This document shows, piece by piece, positions 1-13,120 of a stretch of 64,000 bases of DNA. This stretch comes from Trichoplax adhaerens (lineage: Eukaryota; Animalia; Placozoa). Location: NCBI RefSeq assembly GCF_000150275.1, contig NW_002060984.1, forward strand, positions 110,908 through 174,907, read 5' to 3'. How positions within the stretch are numbered: the first letter of the stretch is position 1; the number at the start of each line of letters is the position of its first letter. The notes under the pieces are model-generated. The model made no database searches. It had not been told where the DNA came from and worked only from the letters and a program-made list of their open reading frames with translations. The translations under genes and the position numbers were made by a program.

Positions 1-119
1 ACGAAGTACACGGTATACTGTAAAGTTAATGAACCTCTGACAGGTGTATCAAATGGTAATACTATCTGTTAAATGAGCACATTATCGTAAACCGTCAGCA
101 AAGCGACAGGAGTTTGTAC

Positions 120-277
120 TAGTACTAATTAATTTCAGAACACGCTTACAGTACATTTCGGTAGTCTAACAAAACTATACACGATGAATGTTCATAATTA
201 CTCTTTACCACTTATAGCTATGACATGAGGATATTTCAGATATATCCAGCAGTTACTTTAAGGTAGTAGTACAAACA
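120..277. mobile_element. Partial copy of family C; the left boundary is unresolved and may lie outside the window
   Basis: tactaattaatttcagaa.acgcttac...caaaactatacacgat...ttcataattact matches 11567-11650. The predicted end ...AAACA falls at 277. Confidence 0.55.
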
Positions 278-3200
278 TTAATTATATTCTTCCTCTTCTG
301 TCTTTCTTGCATTATTGTATCGCCTCTTTTGAATGAAAAATACTGCAAGAAAGATAGCGATAATAGAAATTGCAATTCCAACAGCGATGATACCCGTTAT
401 TCCTGCTTCTATAGGAGTAAAAGAACAAAATGATACTACTTTTAATGATATTGCACCTATTAGCAAACTACAGTGTAAAATAATGCCTTAGAACTACAAT
501 TATTGCCGAATAGGGCTACTTTTTGTGATATAACCAATCACGAAATTAAACATTCGTAGAAAATTTGAACTAAATTCGATCTTTGTAGAAAGATAATCTA
601 TGCATAAACCTACTCTAGCCGAATACAACTGAAGACTTCTATACAGAACTACTAAGTAATTTCAAGTTGTCGGTATCAGTACTCCTGTTCGTTTTTGCAG
701 CTACAATCTGTATAGTATTACTTTACTTTATTTTTCATAAATTCAAATTATTATTAGTATCAAAATTTTATAGAAGACTATCTACAATCCAATATATTAA
801 CGGCTATAGTATTTACGTAGATATTATTTCTACCAGCTGAAGCACGATGAACTAACCGTATCCTAATATGAGTTTAGTATCAGCCGCAACTCACACTCTA
901 CTGCGTATAGGTATCTGTATTCTAACATAGAAATTCAAATTACAGTCTATGGCTATGAGCTACTAAATAAGGCTTATGATAAATATAGAAGCTATTATAG
1001 TGTAAATCATGATAAAAATAACTAATAGTCTACAATCCAATACTAAGTTACGCAACACTCATATTAGCGTTTAACCATGGAAATTTTTGTAATAAAGTTA
1101 TAATATGACCTAGAAAGTTTCTAATGGCAGGGAAATAATAATTATATGAAAATTTAAATTATTAGCTTACGATTTACGCTGGAAGATTCATTAGCATAAC
1201 TTTGGTTTTTCCTAATATAAATTAAAATATGCAAATAATAAATTTGAAATTATGATATAGTGAAGATCAATATACTTTCTAAGATTTAAAATTTTCTAAT
1301 ATTAGCTAAGAGTGTCAACTAAACGAAAATGTTCAATATTTTTACATTATTAAAGCAACTGAAAAAATTTTTTTAATCTTTCAAAAGAGAAACTACTGGA
1401 TGTCGGCTATAAAATTTGATTAACTATGAGCTTTTTGCATCGATTTTTACGTCATTTTGCTATAATAATTATAATAAATAATTGCATAATATTCAAACAA
1501 ACTAGGCTAAACTTATCGAGCTTAAATGATATATTGATCCAATTGTTGCTCTTATATCGTTTTGCAAACATTAGTACTTGTGGTATTTAACAGCTTCATG
1601 GCCGTTTCAATATGTAGAGGCTCAGTGCACGCGACACATGAGCTGTAATTAATTTAATTGCTGGCTAGATTGAGGATAGCTGATCTAGCTCTTATTTGCG
1701 ACTCTTAAGATCCATATACATTAAAAAAATTATTTCACTTTAGTCTGTTGAAATAAAAGGTAGATAGTTGTTCATTTATTTTTACTAGTTACTTATTACT
1801 GATGCTACCGTAACTGATACATTATCGTATCTACATTTTTTCATTTATAAGATAAAAATATAGTTTGTATATCCAAAACTAGTAGTAAATTTAATATCTA
1901 CATTATATATTAGAAACACACATGTTACTAATTCATTTTAAAATATATAGATAATGCGTAGCTTTCGGAGAATATGTATGGAAATATAGTAAGTGCCGCT
2001 AATTTAAATGAGTGAAAGAGCTTTTTCAGTGTATATATCTACATATTAGGGTCGATAACAAATCATTGTTGGCGACAAAATACATAATTTAACTTAGACA
2101 AGCTTGAATATCCTTGGTAGTTTTAATCTTAATCTTATAGCGTTACTGCACGATTAGGACAGCCTATAGAAGGATTAAAATTGATTTCGGTGCTTATTAT
2201 TCAAAATCAATAATATTATAACTTACATGCAAATTGCCATGTCAAAAGAGTTTACTGTGCAGAACCATCCTATTGGACAGATCAAGCTACAATCTATCTT
2301 AAGAAGAGTTAGAATTTAAAAAGTCAATATTGCTCTGTGATAGTATTAATCTCCTAGGTAAGATTAATATCAAATGATTTTTATCGATTTTTTATTGAAG
2401 AAAATTTTAAAATTAATGCAAATTTGAGACAATTAGCGTTAACATCTCTTTCTTATATTTAGATATATATCTTACGTGAGCAATTTCTTCTATGATAACG
2501 TGGACCGATATCTTCTGGATAGCATATACACTTATATGATCTGGGTACATTTATGCACACTTTATGTCGAAAAGGGCAAGCAGCTTTAGAATGCTTACAT
2601 TCATTGATCTCTAGAAAGATAAGAATACGATTATTTTATAATAGAAATTTTATTTTCCTACTATGCAGTACACTGTACTAGTTCTATAACAAGCATAAAA
2701 TAGAAAGAAATCTGTTTGTACAAGAAGTTTAAGGAACTACTCTTCCCTAGAACTTAGATTCTCACAAGTAAGGATTAGATGCTTGTACTCAAACCGACTA
2801 ACTGTAGCTAAGCTTAGTATTGGATTATAGGTTATTAGCTAGGCTTAGCAAATGCTCTTGCAGTCCATAAACCTGAGGGCATAATGATACCTTGCTATCA
2901 AGTATTTCTAATATTTATACCATGGAGTGCATATACAGAAGTTATGATGGCACGGTCTTCTAGTTATACTAACGCTATCAAATTGTACCCTTTTTTGTTA
3001 TATTTTGCATTTTTGTTCTTTCAAGCAGAAAAGACTAAAACTTTTAGAAGGTCTATTTTAGGTGATATAATGTCTGAGTTAATTTTTTTAATATAGGATT
3101 CCAATAAATTTACTTACCTTCACAGTAGGTTCCATTACCAGCATAGCCGCTGATACAGTGGCATTTATGGATCAACGACTCATTGTGTTTATGAGTAATA

Positions 3201-6200
3201 CAGATCGCATTTTCATCGCAAGCACCAGATTTTTCGAGCTTATAACATTCTTCATGATATTTGAAGTTTAAATCTAATTTTAACGAGAGTTTTGATTTAG
3301 TAAGCTTGTGAAAGTCGATTTACCTTATAATATTGGTGTCACAAAACAGCTTTGCAACACGATAACGTAATGCACGATCAATAAGTCAATACCTTGAACC
3401 ACGTATCAAGGAACGATATCTACACAATCAGGAATATTTTTGCTCTATTAGCAGACTACACAAAGACTTAGACGCTTCGTATTTTACTGTCATAAAATAC
3501 TAGTGCTATACTAAAACACAGTATGTCCAAATTAGAAGTTAACTAAATAAAGATAGGCTAACAAAATTATCCTAAGATAGATATTTCTACTCTAATACAG
3601 TCTGTAACTGTCACAATTAGGTTTATCAAGTTGGTCATATCAAAAGATTTAAATCTTTAATATCCCTAATTACAGATGATAATTATGTAATGGGTGAAAT
3701 TTAAATTAACCATATACGGTATTGGCGAAATAAGATAATGTGATAAGATTTTTATGCTTATCATAGAATTATCGCCATCATTGTAATCAATTCACAAATC
3801 GTCTTAGAGAACGCGATGAGGAATGAATAGATAGATTACAGTATTATTAATTGTATTCTTTAAACGGTGATGTAGTCTATAATAACCGATAAGAAGCATA
3901 TTAAAATAAATTTAAATTTAATAGCTGACAAAATATCGATGTTATGACGCTATTTTGTTCGCTTCCCTTGATTTAACTGATTCTAATTTAGATATATTGT
4001 GTTCTTAACATAGCACTAAATTATGATAGGACATATTATATTCTGACTATCTAGTATTAGTTACTTTATATCTCGGCTAGTAAATGCTGTTGTTGCCTTT
4101 AGGTAGCAGCAGCTAAAGTCTGCCTTTGACTCGTTGAAAAGCTTTAAAGTTAATTTTACGAGCTAAGACTAATGAACTGTTGTAGAAGAGAATAGAAATA
4201 CGGTACATCACGTAATAAAGATAGTTCTTAAAATCAATGCATAAGGTAAAATACTGAACGTTGAAATATGCACTATAAATATTAATTATAGGTATTGTAT
4301 TATTCGCTAGCTGAGAAAAAGTTATTTGTGATAGCATAGTAATTGTACCTTGATATATGCTTCAAGAACTCGAGTTAATGATTATAAATTATGTAATCTT
4401 ATTACAAAGTTACTTTGCAACACAAAACTAATGATATTCCATCCTGATCGTTAAGAGACAAGGAGCAGAATGCAAATTTTGTAAATGCAAACATTTAGAA
4501 ATCAATTTTCGCCTATGTCCATTAAAAATAGTGTTTAATTAGTAAAGCTGGTAAAGTAATTTAGATTATCTGCTAATTACTTTTTTTACTTATGACTTTG
4601 AGCATTCATGATAGCATCGCACTAAATTGCTATACAAATTAAACTATAATTAACAATTTTTATATAATAGAAGTGTTTAATACATAGCCTTCGGGTTTGC
4701 TTTGTTTCGTGACTATTAAAGATTTAGCAAAATTGTCAAGTAAATTAATCGAAAATGGAATACGATGCTGGTAATTTCTCACATACAATGAAGGGAAAAA
4801 TTACATGAATAAATCTAATTAAGGGAGTACAATTTATGTCGCAGAGGTGAAGTTTGTATTAGAAATCGTTTGTAGCTTGCTAACTCATTTGTGGTTCTAT
4901 GGCACGTACAGTATTAGTTACTGTATTTATAATACGTATTAGAGCTACGGTCTAGGCATTACGAATATTTAATAAATGCGATCGTGAAGTACGATATAAT
5001 ATAAGTATTTTTATAATTTCTATAGATTACAATCGAAATATAATCTTCCGGTTACTATAGGATCGAAAAAATAATTAAGATGCTATATGTATACTTACGT
5101 CGCTTGGAAATGTAAGGGGAATTTAAGCTCTAACCGTAAGAATAATAGAAAACGATTAATTTTACTAGTACCATATAAGTTGTAATAAATTCACTTTTAA
5201 ACCATTTCATTATATCAGCCGTCATCTGCAACTACGGTACTTTATTAAGCGTAGCCGACTATTCACTGTCATTACTACTTTTCTCAATATTATGATTACA
5301 CTTCAAAACACACTACTGGTGCTTCTACAACTAGCTACAGTCACTACCCCAACATAGATTAAAGAATTGCTCTAGCATTAAAGTATTTTAGGACGGCAAT
5401 AACCGATTTAATTAGCCAAAATTTGAGTTCAAGTAACATTTAAAAGTTATGAAATATGAGATTAAGCAAAACAATCAGAATAAAAATACTTATGATACGA
5501 ATATTAATAGCTAGAATTAACGCTTCTACAGTTAAAAGCAATCACAAAGTATGTATGCGACAAGCAGCTTTATCTAGCTATCTTACAGTTCGTTTAATCT
5601 CATTTTCGAAATGCACCTATCTTACAAATCTCCTTTTTAACAAGAAACCGGGTCTTAAACACTATCTTCACTAGTACTCGTGTTCCCAACTAACTTAGGG
5701 ACCTATCGTAGTTGAACTAACTCTCAGCTACACAAATAAGCTACTAATGAGTAATAGGTTTAAATACTTTACTTTATTTTCGTTAATCTTAATCATAAAA
5801 TGTACTAAAGAAAAACTTAAGAATATTCTTAGCAATAATAGTCAAAAGATCCTGCAAGTGACTAACTGGAACTGAACAGCTAAGCTAAAGCTCGACTTTT
5901 TATAGTTTCGGCCAATGCCGATGGTGCACTTGTGAATATTCTTGACATAGCGACTTACACTATACAGTATACATATCCTAGTATTATAACGACGGAAAAC
6001 CAATCGGCTATCTAAGACTAGAATTGATATGATGGCAGAATACATCGAAATAGGATACTTACTTATATTTAGGATATTTTGCAAATAGAATTAAGGTAGA
6101 ATTTCTCTAAATATCGAAATATATTGTGGCAATAAAATCTATCATACAGTATAACTAGCCGTTGAATAAAATTAGAAATGTTTTACTGCATGCAATGGAC

Positions 6201-6495
6201 TAAAATTAAAACGTCCGTATTCAGAATTAACAATGAGACATGAAATATAGTAATAAGGACTACCGTTAACTTAGTATTATAGAAGTACGAAATAGCCAGT
6301 ATTTTTTAATTGACATTATTAACATTATTTGATATCTTTCGTTAATTAATGATATGTGCAGTACACAACTTTATTAAGATGTGTATCGTAAAAAATAGGT
6401 AGATCAAATTACATTTGGCATACCTGATGGATTAGAATTGAAAGATGGAATAAAATGATAAGTGCAAATTTGATGGGGCCAGCATGAATAGCCAT
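278..6495 (-). CDS. EGF-domain single-pass membrane protein, paralog A (7 exons, ~210 aa): SP, EGF, cbEGF, 4-Cys partial EGF, TM
   Basis: Manual splicing gives exons 6495-6424 (MAIHAGPIKFALIILFHLSILIHQ), 5129-5099 (SLNSPYISKR), 3273-3118 (EGF ...CHCISGYAGNGTYCE), 2610-2476 (EINEC...CINVPRSYKCIC, cbEGF), 2293-2227 (CSLICPIGWFCTVNSFDMAIC), 1211-1171 and 408-278 (TM GITGIIAVGIAISIIAIFLAVFFI, QKRR, stop). All introns are GT-AG with compatible phases and the total is 633 nt, in frame. Confidence 0.85.
524..1057. mobile_element. Diverged copy of family A in the last intron of paralog A
   Basis: Shares blocks with 22916-23465 (accaatcacgaaatt, tactctagccgaatac, tactaagttac). Termini TGTGATA...CAACA; the TSD is degenerate (CTTTT/CTCAT). 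Confidence 0.7.
3337..3615. mobile_element. Internally deleted copy of family B
   Basis: Reverse complement of both ends of 17789-18417 with roughly 350 bp of the middle missing. Termini TGTCACA...TGTCACA; flanks ATTGG/ATTAG, a TSD with one mismatch. Confidence 0.75.
5620..5910. repeat. Dispersed repeat, copy 1
   Basis: Aligns by eye with 12836-13120 (tactcgtgt, aactctcagctacaca, ggaactgaacagctaa, tatagtttcg). Confidence 0.7.
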
Positions 6496-8713
6496 GATTA
6501 AGCGAATAGAAATTCAAGTCTCTCTATGGTCTTTAAATCGCTATGAGGTGCTTCCTGTTGAGGTTGATAAAACCTTTTCCTAGGCATTTATCGCTTAATT
6601 TACTGTTTACCTTAAAATCCAATTATAATAGTCTAGACAAGTAGCTTCATAAATCATTATTTGACTTATAAAAGATTTTCTTCGTAGATTAAATGAACTA
6701 AGATCTTTGAATTTATTCGATTAGAAAGGAATTTAATCGTTATACAATTTTCATTGAAGAATAAACTATATAAATGAATATTATCAATCGTATTCTTTGT
6801 TTTAAATATATCCGCTAGCAGAGTGATTTAAAAGGACTACTGCTACGTAAGCTTTTGTTTTCCAGTACTTTCTTAGAATAGATTGTGTTATTACAGAAGC
6901 AGACTTTGCTGTCGCTGATTCTTTAATTTAGTGTATTGTGATTGACGCGAATATTACGAATAAAATAATAATCAAATATTAATCATTTTATTTCGTCATA
7001 CTAATGGCTCTACATCGCCTTTTAAAGTTATTATCTAATTCATCTCTAAATCTGTTGTTAAGCTTGATAGTCAATCATATACTCGTATTTGTCATGATTT
7101 TAACTTTGAATTCACAATGTTCGTTATGACTTGGCTCTATTACAGACACTGTAAACTACCTTTCTATATATAATTATGCTACTATATTGTATGTAAATAT
7201 TTGATATAAATCAGTAGGCTTTCTTCTGAGGCCTATATCTATAGTTTTCTCCAGCAATTAAAGGCTTTTTATCGATTACAGAATTTAGGTACTTTAAGCA
7301 CCTAACATTACAGTATTATTCGATTACTAAAATGCGTTAATTACGTCATAAATTATGAAAGATAATTTTTAATTTATAATATTTAGCCTTTATAATTATC
7401 ATTGACGTTCCACTGCAATACGAATTATTTCTAATTTAATTTTAAGTCAATAGCTAAACCTGGAATTCGGAAATTTATATTTGGGACAATATCGTTATTA
7501 GAACTATATAATATCTATGGCTTAATATCAAGTAAAATGAGGTGAACAATGTCATGTTACCTTAGTTTGTTAAATATTTCAGCTATCAAAAAATAGTCTA
7601 GCTGACAGATGTACGCGTGTCGCTAATTATATTTTATTTACGACATGAAATTTTATACACCTTTGTTCGAACTACCAAAGTCGAAAGTTAGACGTTTAGT
7701 TTTATTTGGTTCCGACTACGTCTAAAGTAATAATTCACATACACGTAATTGCATAGATTACTATTAATCTGTAGAACAATGACCAATCTTAAATTTTAAC
7801 TGTTTGCGAAATAATGTAATAAATCTACGATTTGCTAATACCAATTTTATTAGCTAATTTAGGAAATATCTTTTCATGAGTTTCATATACGTACGTGAAC
7901 ACATTAGATAAACTGCTGTTAGGTAGCAAGAACTATGGGATTGGAGATTTGTCAATTCTTAAATAATTACTATAAGTATAAATAAAGTTTTGATTCATAC
8001 TAGAAGCTGAGACTCTAGTATTCACGAAGTTACGATCCTCGAGTTTTAAAAAGGTTTTGCATGAGTGAATTAAAACGACTGAAAAATGACTATTCCATGA
8101 GGACATCTACGGCAAGTAGTTCGAAGCGATGTACGTTATTGGTACTGCAGTAATGTAATCGGCTCTTTACGGCTAATAGGTGTGATATTATAATGTTTAC
8201 TGCTAAATACGCTATAATTTATTCTTAGTAAAAGTAAATTTCTACTAGACTGTAGCATAATTCCTTATTTGTCTTATCATATTGCATCTATATCGTTAGT
8301 TCGTTCTGCTAGCTACACGGTAAGCTTGTACGCTTTACCTATTCTACATTACTATAGCTATTCGACTAGTCACATCATTATACGCGCTGTAGCCTTATAC
8401 TGTGTTTTCTTTTTGCACTAATTCCAACAAACTCTATTTCTCTGCTAATTTAACTCTGGTAATCTATTGCGATCATGACGGACCCTAAGCCTTGTGAAAC
8501 ATCAGAGATATCACTATTTAATTGAGATGATCTAGATTGATTACGTTATGGCAGACTGAGTTTTAGTCTTAGTGTTATTGATTAAAGATGTAGGACATGA
8601 TCCACTGTTCTTGTTTACTTTTATTTATTAAAGATGTACTCGATTAAGAGTTCAGACTACTGCAATAAATACATGGCGTACTGATATTGTATTCTCACTA
8701 TTGTGTTAGTGAG

Positions 8714-9356
8714 TGTCACGGTACGCCGTTACTAATTAAGTAACTGTAAATTAATGAATGCTTATGAATAGATAAGATAAGTTTATGTGCTATGTTTTAA
8801 TGCGCTTGTAGCTGATAATAGGATGGTAGAAATGAGATAAAAATAGAAGTTGTTAGCAGTTAATTTACTGTAGGTTTATAAGGTGTGTTAATCTCTAAAA
8901 ATTGAGCTGTATATGGACGAAGGTTAAGCGTCTTAACACCTGATAGCTTGTAGCTATCTAAGTCTGAGAATATCGAATGCCCGGGGCATTATGCGTAATG
9001 GCCGGACTTCGGGTTTTGGCCGTAACATCGACATGTATATTTAGTAATGGTATTATACTAATTAATATAACTTGTAAAGCATGAATTCTCACTCGTTAAT
9101 ATTGGAATTCACTGTAGAAACCTATTTAAGCGCGTGTGTTTGTAGAATAAAGTAAGTAATTGCTCAAGAAACGGCAAGACTCATATCGTGAAGAATAGTG
9201 TAATAATTAGTCAGTTGTCTGTGGAGATCAGCCGAGAAATCGAGTTCTCAAATACTTCTCTCATAGAAACTGAAAGTACTGGGAGAAATAGCCCAAGTTT
9301 TAAGTAACTACACTAGAGTTCTTTACTTTCCTTTGCCATAAGTGAGGGTTTTGACA
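8714..9356 (+). mobile_element. Solo-LTR-like element (643 bp)
   Basis: Termini TGTCACGGTAC...TTGACA with a perfect TSD GTGAG. A TATA-like ctatttaag (~9122) is followed by AATAAA (~9146). Confidence 0.8.
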
Positions 9357-9788
9357 GTGAGTTGTTTAAGTTGGTACAATTTATAAATCAGCTGTTAAAT
9401 TAATATTGGATAATAGACTGCAGTTGTGAATTCTCCTATGTGAGATCGAGTATAAATAGTAAATAGCCTCGAAATTATATAAAACTCTAAGGCAAGGTAT
9501 TTACAAGAGAATTAAACGGGATAGACGGCTTATGTTGATGAGAACCTGAATCTGTCTATGCATGCTACCATAAGTAAACGGTAAATCCTATAGCGCTCAC
9601 GAAAGTGTAATTCCATAAACCGAGAAGTTTGCGGTCCCTGTTAGAAAAGTAGTTGCAAGTACAGTATCGGTTAATCAATATAGTGATTGACTGTATTTGG
9701 TAAAAATTTACTTATACAATCAAATAGTCCCCGTTTTATATAAACGGCTGTGACATATAGAATACGATAAACGGGCTGCACTGTGATG

Positions 9789-9810
9789 TATATATATATA
9801 TATATATATA
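9789..9810. repeat. (TA)11 microsatellite
   Basis: Perfect TA run. Confidence 0.9.
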
Positions 9811-9865
9811 GAAGAGTTTATTTACTTACAGTAAACATTTGAGGCAATCAATAAAATCATTTTAC

Positions 9866-10021
9866 TTTCACAGTAACTTCCATTGCCGCTAAAACTGCCA
9901 CCGCAGCGACAGTTGAATCTTAGGGTATAATTATAAATCTCAGTAACACAGATTGCATAATGATGGCTGACAAGTCCTTTATCAAGGCACTGTTTGTGGG
10001 TTCTAAGACTTAAATTGAAAT
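9866..10021 (-). pseudogene. Orphan, degenerate EGF exon of a fourth paralog
   Basis: 156-nt stretch, the same length as the first EGF exon of paralog A, reading FNLSLRTHKQCLDKGLVSHHYAICVTEIYNYTLRFNCRCGGSFSGNGSYCE. Cys2 is replaced by Ser (AGC) and the acceptor reads ttttatg instead of ...ag. No cbEGF or TM exons were found downstream. Confidence 0.65.
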
Positions 10022-11096
10022 CATAAAATAGAAAAAATTATTTATACTTCGGCTATAAAGGTCATTAGAAGTACATTATTGAAGAATTTGACCAATTGAA
10101 GGGCTACGACTGTTGAAAAATACTTTTATTTGATCATACTGATAATTTAGATTAATAATAATTTTATCACTAGCGGCTAAAAGTCTTATTGACTGATGAA
10201 AGGTAAATTATCAAGTTCAAGGATAGTTCTTGATAGAAATAGAATCATTAAAACATAAAATAATCAAGCAAACAAGAGATTACGTATAAAAGGAACTATA
10301 TTCTTTAATTTAATAAGTCAATGATAACTGAAACCTAATTGGATGTATTAGATTTATCGATGAATTTTAAACGCATATGTCGCTAAAAAGCTAATTGAAA
10401 TAGTTTTTTGGTATCTCAAGTGAATTAAATTGAAATTTTCTATAAATATTTAATGAAGTACTAGCAGTTTATTAACATGAAGAAGTTATCATCGGATTTT
10501 GCTTCATAGCTTGCATCAGCAAATAGCTAGATCAGCTGATCTAGTTACGATATTTGTTGATAGCTCAAGGCACTCTGATTAAAGTTCGTATGATATACTT
10601 ACGATTAAGTTCCCTTCTTAATTTATACTTTATTACCAACTCCAATGAGAAATCTCTAGTATAATCTTACAATAATAATGAAACGAGAATATCTAATTTC
10701 AATCCTAACTAACTTACTAACGTGAAGATCTACAGTATATGCGTGCAGTATAAATCAAATACAGTTTCTATATAGTAACGAATCGATATATGACTCACAA
10801 TGCCAATTGAATAACTAACTTCTAGCAACGTGACGGCAGTATCAGCTCAATATTACGTTAACTTATCAGCTTCAATAGTTAATAATTATTACAAAATTGT
10901 ATTAAAAAATCGTCATAATTAGGTTAATGGCGCTTTAAGGTAATCTGAAACTGAATATAGGTACCGTACTTTAAGGGCTGAAAGAGAGATATACTACTAT
11001 AATTGCATGTAAAAATTCCTATGAAAACTTATATCGGCAGTTCTTTCTTAATTTTAATATGTATATAATTTTTATATATGAATGATATTGTACAGT

Positions 11097-11717
11097 TGTC
11101 ACAAACTTAACTTGCGAAATGCTATCCTAAACTAATAGATTACTTATTTCTATCTCCACTACACCTGGAGGTCTACTGAGTGGTAGTTCAATACTACTTA
11201 CGGTCACACAGGGATAAGACTGTACTAAGAGTTTAGTATAATTTTATTAATAGAGTAGCCGAAACGCTATCTATTCACTAACTGAGGAGCTGACCGTTCG
11301 CTCCTCCTTTTGTACGCTATACCCTACCACCAAACTTGTGGTGCGCACATAGTAATTTAGCAACATAACATTGACATGGCTCGTATAAGGAAACAGCCCT
11401 AAATAAACTATAAAGTTTACTATATAGTTAACTCGTGAAGAAATTTAATTGCGAATAACTAATAAATAGCTAATTAAACGAACGAGGCTCAGTACGCTAC
11501 TCGCACCTTACTCGTACTTCACGGCGGGTGCTAAAGTGGCGCCAATATTAGTATCTATAAAGATTATACTAATTAATTTCAGAATACGCTTACGTAAATC
11601 TTGGTTGTCTGGCAAAACTATACACGATTAATATTCATAATTACTGTTTACCGTATTACCATTAGCTACATAACGGAATCTACTTAATTAACATGTACGG
11701 TACTTTGCTCTGCAACA
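11097..11717. mobile_element. Solo-LTR-like element (621 bp), family C
   Basis: Termini TGTCACA...TGCAACA with a perfect TSD ACAGT. Its 3' part matches window positions ~120-277. Confidence 0.8.
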
Positions 11718-12835
11718 ACAGTTTATCGTAGGGTTTACTTAGATATCGATATCTGGATCTAGAAATCTATGGCTTAGATTATTGCATATTACTAACAAAA
11801 AACGTACTGTACAGAAAAAAAATTTAAATTGTAGAAAGGCAAGAAAAGATAACCTAGACTAATTATTCGTCAAGAGAGTTTTGTTAGAAGTTACTAAGTT
11901 TTTATTGGATTAAATAAAGGTATTCTTATTTGTGTCTTAATTAAAACAGTAGTTCTACAGGGATGTAATATAGTTGAAAATAGTTAACAGTATTATTGCT
12001 TTCCTAGCTTATTTGGTAGTTATTAAGAATTAATCTAAGAATGAAGACGATATGAAATGTTGCTGTCAGACATTTTTGTTTATTCTTAATAGCAATGGTC
12101 CAATAGCAAGCTTTTATTATTTATAGCTTGACATATCAATTACTGAACAGTCTGTTTATGATCTTGCTTATTGTGTGGAAGACAAGTATAGAATCCTGTT
12201 TTGTCTCTGGACCAAATATAATGTCCGTGTATCATCCTCGTACTGATCTTTCGTTTAGCTGAGAAGTTACTTTGGTTATATGGTAAGTTAAACATACCAT
12301 ATTTGTATCTAACTGCTTTAATCTAGCTTTTTGGTGAAATTACCTCGTCCATGATATTTTCCTTTACACAATTTTTCATGACAGTTGGAGTGTTTATGAA
12401 CGTAACCGTATGCGAAGTCGGTCATTTTGCAAGCTGCCCATTCGTATTTGCAGTTGATATTAATGAACTTTTCGACGTAATTGTAAGAATATTTATGAAA
12501 ATTCAAAATATTATAACATAAAAATTATTAGTTTGTATATAACCAAAATTGGTTATTGTATGCTGCCTTTGTATCTCTGAATAGTTACCCTGATCTATAA
12601 TGTAGTTTAAGCTATATAGCAACATGATATAAATTTATATTTTGCTTTAAATTAGTTCTTAGAAAACTAGAATTTCTAAATTTTAAATTAAAAAATCGTA
12701 GTTTAATCGTCATAGAACACTCCTAGAACTGAATTATACTCACTTCCTGAAATGGTTGCAGATGTGAGTCTAATCCCGAATTTGGAAGGTTCTGTTAATA
12801 TTAATTCCAAAAGTTGGCTTATACGTATATGCTTA

Positions 12836-13120
12836 TGTTACAATTTAGCCTTTTTAAACGGGTCTAAAATACTATTATCTCTGATACTCGTGTCCGTAAC
12901 TGACTTAGGAGACTTATCGTAGTTAAATTAACTCTAAACTACACAGATAAGTTACCAACAGCTAATAGATTTAAGGACTTTACTTTATTGAGATAAGTCT
13001 AAGTCAAAAAATCTACTAAAAAGTACGATAGGAAACTCTTGGCAATAATTATCGAGTAGATCTAGAAATGATTAAATGGAACTGAACAGCTAATTTAGTG
13101 CTCGGTTTTATATAGTTTCG
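12836..13120. repeat. Dispersed repeat, copy 2; starts TGTTACA, probably a truncated LTR-like element
   Basis: Direct, diverged match to 5620-5910. Confidence 0.7.

Noticed and set aside
12318-12506. Cys/His-containing 62-aa ORF
   Set aside because: The Cys spacing does not match EGF or a known finger, and no convincing splice context was found.
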